Origin: Zygnema circumcarinatum SAG 698-1b | Taxonomy: Eukaryota > Plantae > Zygnematophyceae | Length of the DNA stretch: 64,000 nt | Direction: 5' to 3' | Assembly: GCA_037447605.1 (NCBI GenBank) | Contig: CM074810.1 | Span: 1,212,880-1,276,879, forward strand | Shown here: piece after piece, positions 37,243 to 50,420 of the stretch | Layout of the letters: every line of letters starts with the position of its first letter | Position numbering within the stretch: the first letter of the stretch is position 1 | Made by a program: the position numbers and the translations under genes | The notes under the pieces: generated by a model | The model's input: the letters and a program-made list of their open reading frames with translations, nothing else | Told to the model about the DNA's origin: nothing | The model's database searches: none

Positions 37243-37706
37243 GCTGCTGAACAGAGCATGGCAGCCCTCCGCACCACTCCTGCTTCCATTTGCTGCACCC
37301 TCACACGACTGCCTGCAGCAGCCCCCACCCCCGCGCCATATGCGCTAGGCTTTATATTATTACAGCAGACTTCAATGGTGGACAGAAGCAAGCATCGAAG
37401 GAAATGTGTGTGAGAGAGTGAGAGACAGGGAGCGAGAGAGAGAGGAGAGAGAGAGGAGAAGCGCAGGTCGGGAGAAAAACAACCCTTGCCATCGCGAACT
37501 TTTTAATTGTCGATGGTTGTCCAATGAAATCCTGCCACGTGTAAAAAGTGTCGACGTGGCGTTCCGCCAGTGGACGACGGTCGGCCATAGTTTGGCAGCG
37601 GAGGGAGGGCCCTGGAAGGGAGACAAAAGGAGAGGCTCCCAGGCCTCGTCCAAGATTCACCGTCCTTGCATTAGTTTAGAAACAGTATCCTGTCGTATTT
37701 TTCAAA

Positions 37707-38657
37707 GGGTAGTGATATTTCCACCCCTTTTTTGGATCCAAACACCCCTTCCCGGCCGGGCAGATTTCAAAAAGGATTAAAAACGGAAAATGCTTTTTTC
37801 ACACCTTTTTGGAATCGATACCCACCCTCCATCGGCAGATTTTTTTTTTGCGAAACAAGGAAATAACCCGTCAACCCATTTTGAATATCCCGCCTACCTG
37901 AATTTTTTTTCACGCGTGCGGTCAATCGCAGCCGTCGATCCATTCGCAGATCGCAACACGGCAGATCACTATTTGCTCTGCAGCCGGGCTCGGTCACAGC
38001 GAATGGCACGTGCCCACGTATCCCGCCAAACTCGTCTCAAATGTTGTCCGTACAAATTTCGTACGGTCGCAACTTTGAGGAACCCAATATTTCGTACATT
38101 GAGAGCTTGGACCCAATCAACGTGTTCCACGTCCAAAAAGTAACACATGGCAGATGTTGATTGGCTGAAAGCTGGCAATGCACGAGATCTCGGGCCGAGG
38201 GACACGCGCACTCGCACGTGTCCCTCGGCCCGGCTTTGGCGGGACTCGTGGGCGCATTCCATTCGCTAAGATTGAGCCCGGCTGCAGATCGAACGGTGAT
38301 TTGCAGTGGTGTGATCTGCGAGGGAATCGACAGCTGCGATTGACACACACGTGTGAAGGACGGACACCCGCGAACGATCTCGTGGCGGACGGATCTTCCG
38401 CTCCGAGCGGATTCGAGCAGGCAGAAATTTCTTTCCCTCAAAAAAACAAATCAGGGAGGCGGGATACAGTATTCAAAAGGCGGTGACGGGGTATCATTTT
38501 CCTTGGTTAGCAAAAATAAAATCAGCCGACGGATGAAGGTGGGTATCGATCCCAAAAAGGTGTGAAAAAAGCATTTTCCGTTTTTAATCCCTTTTGAAAT
38601 CTGCCCGGCCGGGAAGGGGTGTTTGGATCCAAAAAAGGGGTGGAAATATCACTACCC
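37707..38657. mobile_element. Non-autonomous long-TIR (Mutator/foldback-like) DNA transposon, 951 bp, 8-bp TSD TTTTCAAA
   Basis: GGGTAGTGATATTTCCACCCCTTTTTTGGATCCAAACACCCC.. is matched in reverse at the right end almost perfectly for ~120 bp and imperfectly to ~290 bp. Direct repeat TTTTCAAA on both flanks. No coding capacity. Confidence 0.92.
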
Positions 38658-39108
38658 TTTTCAAAATTCGGTTTTATGATAACAAGGTACTGATACTGTT
38701 TTGGGTTTGTCTTGAAACCAACTGATCGTCACCTAGATCACGCGCCTCCAACAGAAATTGGATAGTCTAAAGTACACAGTGTACGGCACTGTACATAATT
38801 GTACGGTTACGTACGGCCTCATTGTGTACAGTACAGTACAGTACCGCACGTAACTGTACGAAATAACAGCATAGTTCAGTTTACCGTGATGTGTAACTCT
38901 CACACATGTGACATCTGCGACGAAAATAAAAAGAAATAAAGACAAAGTTTTAGACTTCAAACTTGTGGTTACAAACCGAGTTCACGAGTGGCAACCTGAG
39001 TTTTCAAAGGTACAAACTCGAAAATTGTCCTCGAAGCAGCGAACAGGTCGCACCAAACGGGGTACAGCGGACAGGGCGGGCAGCCGGAGCGGGAGCTGCG
39101 TGGAAGCC

Positions 39109-42100
39109 ATGGCGGGCGCCGCGGGCGTGGAGCAGGAAGCAGCTATGGAGGGCAAGCAGGAGGAGGCCGTCACAGAGGGCGTGCAGCAAGATGCAGTCTC
39201 GGGGTATGCAAAGGAAGAGGTAGCCATGGGCGGAGACAAGCAGGAGACAGCCATGGAGGGCGTGCAGCAAGATGCTGTTGCGGAGGGCGCAAAGGAAGAG
39301 GCAGCCCTGGACGGAGTCGAGCAGGAGACAGCCATGGAAGGCGTGCAGCAAGATGCTGTTTCGGAGGGCGCAAAGGAAGAGGCAGCCATGGACGGATTCA
39401 AGCAGGAGACAGCCATGGAGGGCGTGCAGCAAGATGCTGTTTCGGAGGGCGCAAAGGAAGAGGCAGCCATGGACGGATTCAAGCAGGAGACAGCCATGGA
39501 GGGCGTGCAGCAAGATGCTGTTTCGGAGGGCGCAAAGGAAGAGGCAGCCATGGACGGAGTCAATCAGGAGACAGCTATTGAGGGGTTGCAGCAAGATGAT
39601 GTTTCGGATGACGTAAAGGAAGAGGCAGCCATGGACGGATTCAAGCAGGAGGCAGCCATGGAGGTCGTTCAGCAAGATGCAGTTTCGCAGGGCGCAAACG
39701 AAGAGACAGCCATGGACGGAGTCAAGCAAGACACAGTCATGGAGAGCTCGCAGCAAAATGTTGTCCTGGTCCGCGCTTTGCAGGAGGTCGCCACTTTGCT
39801 ACCCGAGGTTCGTATGGAGGGAGCGGAACGGACCTCTTTCATCGCCTCTCCTTCAGTCGTTCTCGCTGCCTCTCTCGGCGACTCTGCTGCTGGTCTGGTT
39901 GAGCCGCATCCCGCCCTTGAGAGTCACGAGGGTGACGGGATTTCCACGAGGGCGGAGGAAATAAGCTCTCGTGTTGCGCTGGAGCTGCGGGGAGGGGCGG
40001 ATGATGAGAAAAAGGTAGTCGAGGAATTGGAACAAGAATCAAAATTTTCGGCCCCTCCAGCCATGGAAAAGAGAGGCGCAGAGGGGAAGGAGGGAGTAAA
40101 TCCTCTCGTGCATTTCTCGCTAAAGGAGCTTGAGGTATCGGTCAATGAAAAGGAAAGGGTGAAGGAGGAACAAGGTTCTTTGCCCTTTCTAAACGCGGTG
40201 GAGGACAAAGTAAAGGGCCGTATTCCTGAAGAAAATCCCCTCTTGGAGAATTCTGAGGATCTCAGTGACGCAAAAATTGAGGCGTCGACTGGTGGTAGCA
40301 TGGTACAGGGAAAGAAGAAAGACGAGGAGGACGTTTGCTTTATCTGTTACGACGGGGGTGACCTAGTCGTCTGCGACAGGAGGTGAGGCTCCACAGAATG
40401 CATAGGAAGCTTTTTTTTCTTTCAGTGCCGTCTTAGCTATGATTTTTAGCGTACATCGTTTTCAATGAAGTACTTGGGGCTTGTTTTTAACTTTTCTTAT
40501 GTTTTCTTGAATAGCAAACAAACCTCGTTTGGGATTGTTTTTTTGGAACTGGAATCGTAAGAATTGAGTAAAGAGTTTATTTGCGGTTCCTTTGAAGGGA
40601 CTCTAATTTGTTTTAAGCTTGTGAGGCTAACGATCAAAGTCAGTGATCATTACCCTTGGTCACTGCTTATTCTCAGTTGTTGGTTGGTCCGTCGATTAAA
40701 TCACTTCCTTTTGCCGTTCCAGTAGTATGCTTGCAACTTGAAGTGCAAGAAAATGTGACCTTGCTCATGGGTTAGATTTGTGCCAGCTGCTTTATTGAGG
40801 GTTTCAAGACACTGGAATGTGTAGAAACAAAACAAAACAAGTTTGAGCCAACTTAAGAACACTATTGAAAGTATCTTGCACTCTTTTTTCCTTCGTTGAT
40901 TTGCCGCAGGTCGTGCCCGAAGTCTTATCACCTAGAATGCTTAGACAGCCCGCCAGATTTATTTGTCAGCGGTGGGAATTGGCACTGCGGTTAGTTTTTC
41001 TATGCTCTATCCCTTTCTAACATCGGTTTTGGCCAACTCGCATGTCAACTTTTTTACTTGAGCAATTTTACAGAATTTTTTTCCTTTTTTATTTGCAGCT
41101 CTGCTGCTTTGGGTATTCGAGTCTAGCTTAGCATGTTATGTATGCTGCTGCAGTTGAGGCTGGGTTCATTCGCCTTGTCAATAATTTTAACGATAGAGAG
41201 GAGGTTTTCACTAGTCGTTTATAGGTAATTCGGTTAGTAAGCCTCCAAGAGCCTTTCAGATAGTCATCGTAAATCTATATCCTTAATAAAAAACTTTACT
41301 ATTTGTGCATGGATTAATCATTGCAGAGGTAACTAGAAAACACAAAAACAAACATTTCTGTAACATCCATCTGCTTGTGTTTGCTGCATTTTTGGTGGCG
41401 CGAAGATAGATGCTCCTCTCCTTACAGAGATGTTTGTGTTTGTGTTTTCTATTAAGGACAATTTTGTGTTTACTCGATGGTTTTTGAACTTTTTGAAAAG
41501 TCCTTGAGAACAGTAGCATTCTGAAGGCATTGTTCGAAGGCTTTTTTTGACAGTTGTTGTTGCAACAGACTGGCATTGTTGCAGGACATGCAAGAAAGCA
41601 GCGATCATCCAGTGCCAGACTTGCTTGTGGGCGTACTGCCAAGTTCATTACAACGAGGAAGGAGGAGATTGGTTTCGCTTTGACCGTCGAAAGGCCCTTT
41701 GCGACGATTGTTTTCCTCTTGTCAAAATCCTTGAGAACTGTGAAAGCTTTGGGCCTGATGGGGTAAGATGCTGCCTATTCCTTTCTTTGTTGCCATTTCT
41801 TGTAAACAGGTTGACCACAGAAACAAGAGAGTGGCTTTGGTTGCTGTGTTTAGTGAATCAAAGCATGGCTTTTTTAGATTCTTGACATGGGTCTACAATT
41901 TGTTTATACTTTGTTCATTTTATTTGTTCGTAAGTATTTAATTTGTGTAAGTTGGTGTTGCTTTTTCTGTGTTTGTGGGTCTCTCTAATTTTCGTCGCTG
42001 TCATCCTGCTGAGCTTTGCAGAAGAAGATTGATTTCGACGATCCTGATACACACGAGAACTACTTTAGAGAGTATTACATAACTTACCATCAAAAGAAAT

Positions 42101-45100
42101 TAGCACCGCACATTCGGAAACACAAAGACTTAAAGTTGCGAACACAAATGAAACAGGCAGAGCGTATGACAGATGCGATAAACATGGAGGAGGAGGTAAT
42201 CACGGAAGCTGGAAAGAAGAAGAGAGGGCGAGGCAGACCCAAAGGCAGTGGCAGAGCGGGAGGGCGAGGGGCAAGTTTGGCATCTCCTAACGGGAAGGCA
42301 AATAAACGGTTGCGGTTGGATCACCCCAGTGTAAAGAGTAAAGAATCAAGTGAGGATGAAAAAGAAAACGAGGATAGAACAAGGGCAGAGGAAGAGGAAG
42401 CAGCAGAGAGCATGGAAGAAGAAGCAAAAATGGAGAAAGATAATGATGAGGAGGATGAAAGTGATTCACTGGAGGAGGAAGTGGCGCAGCAGGAAGAGGC
42501 TCGTTTGGTATTGCCGGATAGGGACTTGGACGGATGGGCCAGTACGGATCTGAAGGCTTTTCTCACAGGCAGGGGGGTGGATGCATCGGAGCGACTGCCA
42601 TGGCCGCAGTTACTGAAGCATATATGGGAACACATCCGCGAAAACAAACTGAAAGTGAGCTACCGTCACTGCATAGAGCGTGGATAGTACCGTCGATATC
42701 ATACCGATGCGCTCAATATTTGTCGCTACACGGTTCTTCCAGTCTGCAGGTTTAAAAGATTCGATTTGATTTGTTCCATGCCTTTGCAGGGGGGAGCCTT
42801 GTAGAAGATATCGATATTGTTTGGATTTTTGCAGCATGTTAATGTATGCTGTCATTCTGGGGCACGTTTGTTGAATCCACGTATCCTCTGTGTTCCTTTT
42901 CCACGGATGTAAGGCACGGTATAACCCTGGCAGTGCAGGAGATGGAAGTCATTCTCGTTCGTCTGACCCTCCCTCCCTCTCCCTTCATGTAGGAGGGCAA
43001 GAATTGTCGGAGTGGAGGAAATTCTGCTTTAGGACAGTGGAAAATTTGCGCAGACTGGAGACTGGTATGTTTAGGACAAGTGAAGTATTGTAAGCTTATT
43101 GAAGGAGGGAGGTTTGTACTTGCAGGACCCGCAAGAAAAAGAGAAAATCTGTTGCGATCAGGTGTTGACAGACCTCTTTGGAGTGGCTTCAGTTAGACGG
43201 AATCAGATTCCCGCAATTCTGTCAAGACATTATGCAAAAACTCCGGGCAGCCGACGTAGGAGAAACCGATCTCGCGGAGTAAAGGCTGAAGCTGATGCGG
43301 AACAATTGAGACAGGAAGAAAAGGGAGATGGAGCAGGAGAGTTGGACGAGGAAAATTACAGGAGTCAATGGAAGGCGGGTTCTGGAGACAACCTTAAAGT
43401 CAGCAGAGCGGGAAAGAGGGTGAAGAGAGGCTCGCATGGGGGTAGGAGACAAGATGTGCGACCGGATGCGAATGATTTTGCGAAAATTGATATGACCACG
43501 ATTGGGTATATCTATCTAAACAGACCTTTGCTGGAGAATCTCCTTGATGATCCTGATTTTGACGGCAAGGTGGTGAACTCATTCGTCCGCATTCGCCACA
43601 ATGATGTTTCCTATCGACTTGTACGAATAGTAGGTACGTGTGGGAAACACTTTGTTGCAAAGTTTTTTGCTTTATTCAAGAGAAAAGTTCTTATAGCGAA
43701 GTAGTAATGCGTGACATACATGTGAACGCTAAGTTCTAGCAAATCAAAATCAGATCTTTTTTTTCCCAGCGGAAGATGAGTTTCCTGCAAAGCTTTGCAT
43801 TAGTAGTTACAAACGGAGAAAGGTAAGTGTGTTGAAGCAGGTGTGAGCAGTGAAACGGAGACATACAAAGTGGGCAGCAAGACCTCCAACAAGGTCCTTC
43901 ATATTCTGAATAGTCGCAGCAAGGCGGAGTCAGTCACCATTGAAAACGTCTCCAGCAAACACTTTACAGAGGTGAGGCAGCCGCACTAAACTTTATGCAA
44001 ATCTGTTTATGCCCCTCAATGAGTTGAACTGGGTTTGGCTTTTTCAATCAGTTTAAATATGCACTCTGAATACAAGACATTTGTGTTGCAGGCGGAGTGT
44101 ACCAACTTGCGTAAGCTCATGAAGTGGGGCGTACTTCAACGTCTCACAGTTGTGCGTGCTATCCACTTTGCTCCTCTGCTTTTTTGCAAATGGGTCTTCT
44201 GTTTTATCTGCAGAAAGTCGAGATGAATAGTCACAACTCCTATGCACTTAGCTCTTGGAAAATAGACGGAGGAGGGAGTGATTGCCTGACTTATTGAACC
44301 AACATGGAAGAACCTTTAGTACGATGAACAGTGACGTTTGAGTCCATGCATTGCCATCTGAGAAGACAAGGAGTTATTCTGCTTTCTTTTGACTGAAAAC
44401 GTTTGTTTGGCGGTGGTGCGTGCAGGGAGAGATTGAGCAGAAGGCTCTTGAGTTGCAAAAATCTAAACTACACGAGGTACTGCAAATTTCTACCTCCCAC
44501 ACTATTGTGATGATCGTTTGCAAGCAGCGAGGCAAGGTCTGCGTCTGCTGTCGTTGTATGAACTCTTCCTTATAATGTCCATCACATTCTTGAGGTGCAG
44601 AAATCTAATTTACTTTAAACATGGATTTGGCTTTCCATGTTGAGCAGTGGTTTGAAGTGGAACGACAAAGGCTGGTCAACCTGCGGGACCGCGCAAGTGA
44701 AAGAGGAGACAAGAAAGAATATCCTTTCATCATTTCCAACTTGTCTTCCGATAAACTGAATGCTGAACTGATGTTGAATGCAATCATGTTTTGGCCTGAA
44801 GGCAGTACGATTTCTTTAGGACCTTTAGTCTCTTCGATCAGCTTGCATTCACATTGCAAGCTCTGTTCTGCGTTGGTGGCTTATGACGGCAGACAATCAC
44901 ACATCGTGTCCATGTATGAAAGTATGCTGTACAGTTTCTGTGCCGTTACCCTTGACTGAAACTGATCTGACACCCTGCGGATTCATGTGGAGGAACTGAA
45001 GAAGCTGGCCAGTCAGGAGTATCGCAATGCAAAACTGGGCAGCCCCCCAAAGGTGGAGGCAGACCCGAAAATGTCGACGATTTCTGTGTCCGAAGAAGAG

Positions 45101-46959
45101 GACGAGGAAGCTGACAATCCAGGTACAGGTGATTTCATTTTCCCGGCAGCGTATATTCTATTCAGTGTTGTTCGATAAGGCTTAGTCTTTTTCACATGTA
45201 GTTTGACATTACTAAAACGATTCAGTGGGAGCAGTACTATTCGGGAAGTCAGTAAACATGTACAACAAACATCTTAAACCCTTCTAGGTTGCAACTGAAT
45301 CGTGCCTTTCGCAGGCAAATAAGTTTCACATGTTGGTTGTACTATCTGTCAGACAGGCAACTAGGGTGGTGATTGCTGATAACAGTAGATGTAATGGCTA
45401 CGAAACGTGAATGGCGTATGTTGCAGTGGTATAAGTTTCCCACGTTGTCCTCTAGCAAGTTGTGATGAAACAGAGTTAGTAAAGGAATATTGTGTATTCA
45501 AGGGAGCGGTAGTTTTCAGAATGGTGCATGCACAAGTATCGCTGATGTGGCCTGATCTATTTCGCTTTTCTCTTTTTCCACAGGTGCATTTGAAGTGGAC
45601 TCAAGGGATAGTAAACAGAAAACTGCATCATGGGGCCGGTCGGAGTGGGGGCAGCGAAATTCCAGCGTTCGCAGGCCGGGCAGAGAGAGAGAGCCGAGTT
45701 TGTACTCAAGTCGTCAAGAGGAAGGGAAAGGGCAATGGACTTTGACCTCTGTCCTTGCGGAGAGTGAAAAAGATGGGTGGGCAGTAAGACAGGGAGGAGG
45801 AGGAGGGGGGAGAGAGGGCACGGCAGGGGGTAAGGGAGGATGGGAGGAACGCGTGAGTAGGACTCCTCTTGCAGCCTCCCTTGGAGATGGAGATTCGTGG
45901 GGGCTTGTAAGGAGGCCCGCCCCGCCTCCCTCTGCTGGTTTGGTTGCCCGAGTGTTAAACCCACTCCCTATAAACGAGGACGAGGAGGTATGGCACTATC
46001 AAGACCCTTCAGGCACAGTACAGGGTCCATTCTCGTTAGCTCAGCTTCGAGAGTGGTTCGAAAAGGACCTAATTCCGTCAGATTTGAGAATTTGGAAGGC
46101 CGGCCAGGAAAGGGATGTGCATGGAGTGGAGATTTCAAAGCTTATCAGCAAAGCAGGTCGGGATAGTGTCGACCCTTTACTTGCACAGCCGGCTTTAGAA
46201 CTGCCACTTCCACCTCCACCTCCACTACCAACTCTAATTCCACAAACGGGAGGTTGGGGTAGCCCAAGACCTCAAGAGTCAGAGAGGCTGGGGGGGAGTA
46301 TCTACTCAACCCCTGCCTCAAGCAGCAGGGGTGGATGGGGCGACGCGTTGGAAAAGGATGGGTGGAGGAAGAGTGGAGGAGGGAACGATAGTTGGGGAAA
46401 CAGTGGACTTGCCGATGAGTGGGGAAAGAGTGGAGGGGGAGCCAATGATGGGTGGGCGAAGACTGGAGGAGGAGGGAGCGATGGGTGGGGGAAGAAAGAA
46501 GGAGGGCACGATGGATGGGGGGGTAGTGCAGGAGGGGACACTGGTTGGGCATCTCAAGGCGTCAAAACTGACTCCTTGGGCACAAATGGTGAAGGGGGGT
46601 GGGGGGTTCGAGAAGACCAAGGAAACAAAGGATGGCAGGGAGGCCATGAACGTGAGGATCAGCGGAGGAGGAGTGCAGGAGGAACACCAAATGGAAAGAG
46701 CAGCTCCGATGGAAGTCAAGGTTGGAGTTCTGACAAGAAAAGGAGGGATTCTGAAGGAAGCAGTTGGAGAGATAGCACTGAAAAGGGCTGGGCTCGTAGT
46801 GATGACGACCGTAGGGGTCTGAATCAGGGTAGAGAAGGGGACCACAGAGGGGGATATAGTAGAGGCGGAAGAGAACTTTTCAAGTCCGACAGGCCTTGCC
46901 GCTACATGGCCCAGAAAGGGTATTGCAAAAGTGGTGACAAATGTGCCTTCAAACACTGA
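39109..46959 (+). CDS. NERD-like chromatin/RNA protein (PHD, SWIB, Plus3, GYF, CCCH); exons approx. 39109-40382, 40910-40989, 41569-41762, 42022-42654, 43126-43633, 43841-43971, 44092-44151, 44426-44476, 44648-44718, 44974-45122, 45584-46959
   Basis: [30 protein letters not shown] (PHD); IWEHIRENKLKDPQEKEKICCDQVLTDLFG (SWIB); FDGKVVNSFVRIR..YRLVRIVG (Plus3); WHYQDPSGTVQGPFSLAQLREW (GYF); CRYMAQKGYCKSGDKCAFKH (CCCH). Confidence 0.92.
39142..39755 (+). repeat. Coding minisatellite, 81-nt (3x27-nt) unit, about 7 copies
   Basis: MEGVQQDAVSEGAKEEAAMDGFKQETA repeats; gccatggag recurs at 81-nt spacing. Confidence 0.92.
44719..44973 (+). other. U12-type AT-AC intron
   Basis: Donor ATATCCTTT, branch CCCTTGAC ~18 nt before the AC acceptor; removal gives in-frame GDKKDLRIHVEELKKL. 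Confidence 0.88.
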
Positions 46960-48150
46960 GTGATGCTATGATTGCTGTGATGGCTCATGTGGCGTCGTGC
47001 ACACAGAAAAGAAGATCCAATAAGTCCCTTGGTCATAGGTCCGCTGCGATAGGTCCAGGAATGGAGGTAGAGGAGAGTGAGTGTAGGGAGAATGCCGCAC
47101 CTCTCATGTGTGGCCTCGAGCAATTCCAGAAGAGATATCGAAGCTTACACTTAGCTGAACTCATTGCGCTTCACTTTTCTCCTCAGGAGGTACCGGACTG
47201 AGTACTGAGATCCTTTTCCGTAGCTTTCGAGAACTGCCTGGGGCATGTCCTTGGTAGACATCAGGAAGGTGCATGTGTGGCTCGCATGGGCAGGCCCGAG
47301 GGCCTGAGGCTCAGGGCCTCTCCTATATGAACGCCCCCCTGTGAATCTGAATTTGAGACTGTAACGTGAGCAGCTTCTTTGTCATCACGAACCGGATGCG
47401 TGGTTTCCCTGTCTTCTTTACGGGTGTTGTTCCGTTGGCCAGCATGTGGTGGGGGACCAAGTGGGCAACCACGGCGATGGATGAATGGGTTGAACAACAT
47501 GCGAGTCAAACTGCTAAAAGCTCATAATGCAAAACGTTATAACTCACTCATAATGCAGACAAGTCGCCAAATAGAGGAATGCAGCGCCTTAAGCCCCCGT
47601 CGGGCCTTCGCTGGGAAGCAACGCCCTGCTATGCTATGCTATGCTGCAGGCCGCCTGCTCCGACTGCCATCCCATCCCATCCCATCCCATCCCATCCCAT
47701 GCCGTGGGCTCGCCCGATACTTCGCGATACGTCCCGATATCAACCAATATCTCATGATACTGACGCTACCGCCCGATATCCTCGAACGAACGAACGGGGG
47801 GGCTCGCCTGCTCCAGGCGTTCCTGCCCGACACGCTCCATGCTCACAGTTTAACAGGACAGGACTTTTTATTACTTCAAATACAGCGTAAACACGCAGTT
47901 ACACGGCGGAACAGCCGAAAGGACGCTTGGCATATTCGTACATGCTGGTACATCTGTACGATTCGTACGGTTCGTACCTTTCGGACATCCCACATCTTGA
48001 AGGGGTGACACGTGGTGGCTGGCGTTGCTGAAGGGGCGAGGACGGGCAGACGCCATGGCCGGGAGCACCGCCATGGCGAGAAGCAGCGCAAGCGTTTGAA
48101 GCCTCCGCCGCCCGAGGGCCGCCGTCAGCGGGCCTCTTTCGTCCGCAAGC

Positions 48151-49854
48151 ATGGAGGCCGGCTTCTTGCTCTCTCCCGCCTGCCCTCATCTCGTCAAGGC
48201 AGGCAAGGGGTCAGCTGCGGTGGAGACTACGTCGTGGAGCTCTGTGTCATCCAAGTGCTTGCAGCGAGCGGCCCCTGTTTCACGCTGCGGGAGACTTGGA
48301 GAGAGGACCTCTCTGATAGGACGGCCCCTTTATATAAAATGGGTGTCAGGCTCCAAGGAGGAGGGAGCAAATGCAGTCCGGGTCAGCGTCACTGCTGCTT
48401 TTGCAGGAAAACGTCGCGCTTGTGAGCGAAGGATTTCTGGTAACGGCTCGTCTAATGCAGCTCCTTTTCTGACGCAAGTCGCCCTTCGCCTGCCGGCCGT
48501 TTTTCTTCTGTTCAGAGCTGCATTGTTGCATCACTACAGTAGAATAGGGGTAGCTCTTTCGGCAGCAGGCGAGACGAGTCAAGTGGATAACTCGGAAGAG
48601 GGTACCAGGAGGGCGGCATTGCAAGTAGAAAAGGAGAGTGATGCGAGAAGCTCGTATAATTTTATTTTGAATAAGGTTCGGCAAGTGGTAGAGTATTGGG
48701 AAGCCTGTCAGGTGAGAGAAATTCAGGGCCATCCGTTGCTGCAGCAGGGAGGGTTGGGCCTTGCATTAGGGCTTCTGACGGCCAGCCTCCCGGGGCCCTC
48801 TGTGGCTCAAAGTCACCTTAGGAGCGTAGTGGCGAGTTTGAGAGCGAATCCGACCTTCATGTCAGCTCTTATTGCATGGGCAATGGCACAGAGCCTCAAG
48901 GTGCATTTTTCGCAGCTCCTCTGTCATTTGATCATTTAATCTTCTGTGTGTTTTTTGTGATGAGCTGCATGCTTGACCAGTCGTTTATGTCTAGCGTAAA
49001 TATGGACACAAGAGCAGTATGTTTCCTATTCTTTAGTCCACACTGCGCAAGGTCCACGCCTTTTCCTCCGCAGTGGCCTGGTCAAGTAGAGCTGAGTCGC
49101 GGTCATATGATACCTTGTCCTTTGCTCCTCTGAGTATGCTTCTGTTGTAAAGCTTGATCGAGCAATGACTTGGAGACTCTTTCAGGTCTGTGCGATCAGC
49201 CACTGGATGCGCTGTCATTCTATGCAGTCAGTGGAAATTCCGTTCTCCTTTTTTTATCACTGCAACTCATGCTCATTGACAGCACTTGTCTGCTTCCCTT
49301 CAGGTTGTTACAACGTACGCCGTGGAGCGGAGATTTAACTGGAAGATGATCATGGCATCAGGAGGCATGCCCTCATCCCACTCTGCGCTGGTCATTGCAT
49401 TGACGATGTCGGTGGCGCTTCTCCATGGTCTCAGTGGGCCTCTCTTCCCCGTCTGCCTTGGCTTCAGCCTCATAGTCATGTATGATGCCACAGGCGTGCG
49501 CTATCACGCAGGCATGCAAGCCGAGGTATGTGGTGTTCTCCCAGTTCCATGACGAGACCTGAAGTTCAAAATGGAATCTTTTTGGTCCTTGATGTTGGAA
49601 TGTTGATGGAGAGGGAGGGAGGGAGGGAGGGGAGAGGAGAGAGGTGGGAACTTCATAGGGTCTGGGCGATTGGAGCGGTTTTGCAGGTGCTGAATGTGAT
49701 TGTGGCCGACCTGTTTCAAGGGCATCCGGTGAGTGAGAAAAAGCTTAAGGAGCTCTTGGGGCACACGCCTCTGCAAGTGGCCGCAGGGGCTCTCCTTGGA
49801 GGACTTGTCGCTTATTTTTATTCCAACAGCTCTTGGGCGATTGTTGGATCATAA
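48151..49854 (+). CDS. DUF212 acid phosphatase/vanadium haloperoxidase-related membrane protein with N-terminal extension (probably plastid-targeted); exons 48151-48900, 49304-49525, 49688-49854
   Basis: NPTFMSALIAWAMAQSLK, SGGMPSSHSA, IVMYDATGVRYHAGMQAEVLN, LKELLGHTPLQVAAGALLG. Confidence 0.92.
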
Positions 49855-50222
49855 GGCAGCCGGTTGTACGGAGGCATAATAATGTCTTTGGGCCAAAGGG
49901 CTGGGGTATTGTAGGTTCTCTTTTTGGCAGCAAATCTTATTTTTGGTTTTTGTAGCATGTTCACAAGGCTCAAAGTGTTCCTCTAGCTTTTCAAATTCTG
50001 GTTGTTGGAGTAAGAACCTGTGCCGCTACCTTCTCTGATCTCTTATTCATTGGCCATTCTGTATCCTTTTGCTTTTGCTTTTGCTTTTGTGTTGTGTATG
50101 TATCACCACATCCCTGTTTTTGCTTTTCACCTTCTGGCCGATTTGTGGTTTTTTGCTGAACGATTTGTGGTTTTTTGCTAAAAGACTGCGAAGGTGAAAG
50201 CGCTTCCACCTTATCAACCAAT

Positions 50223-50420
50223 AGGGGGGTCAGACTTAGCCCGGAGCGTACTAAATTCTCGAATTTAGTAGACTAAAAGTCAAAGTTTCGTGTACGAATT
50301 AGTCGGGATCCGCGGCTCCGCCGGCCCCAGCCGTACTGAAACGCGTACCTAGCCAATGCTTAATTCGCCCGACAGGCTTACTAAAACTGATTTGGCCATG
50401 GTCAATGTCTGACCCCCCCT
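50223..50420. mobile_element. MITE, ~198 bp, same family as 9899-10177
   Basis: AGGGGGGTCAGAC ... GTCTGACCCCCCCT, AAT on both flanks, shared internal CCGCGGCTCC. Confidence 0.75.

Noticed and set aside
38982-39756. Antisense repetitive ORFs
   Set aside because: Shadows of the coding minisatellite.
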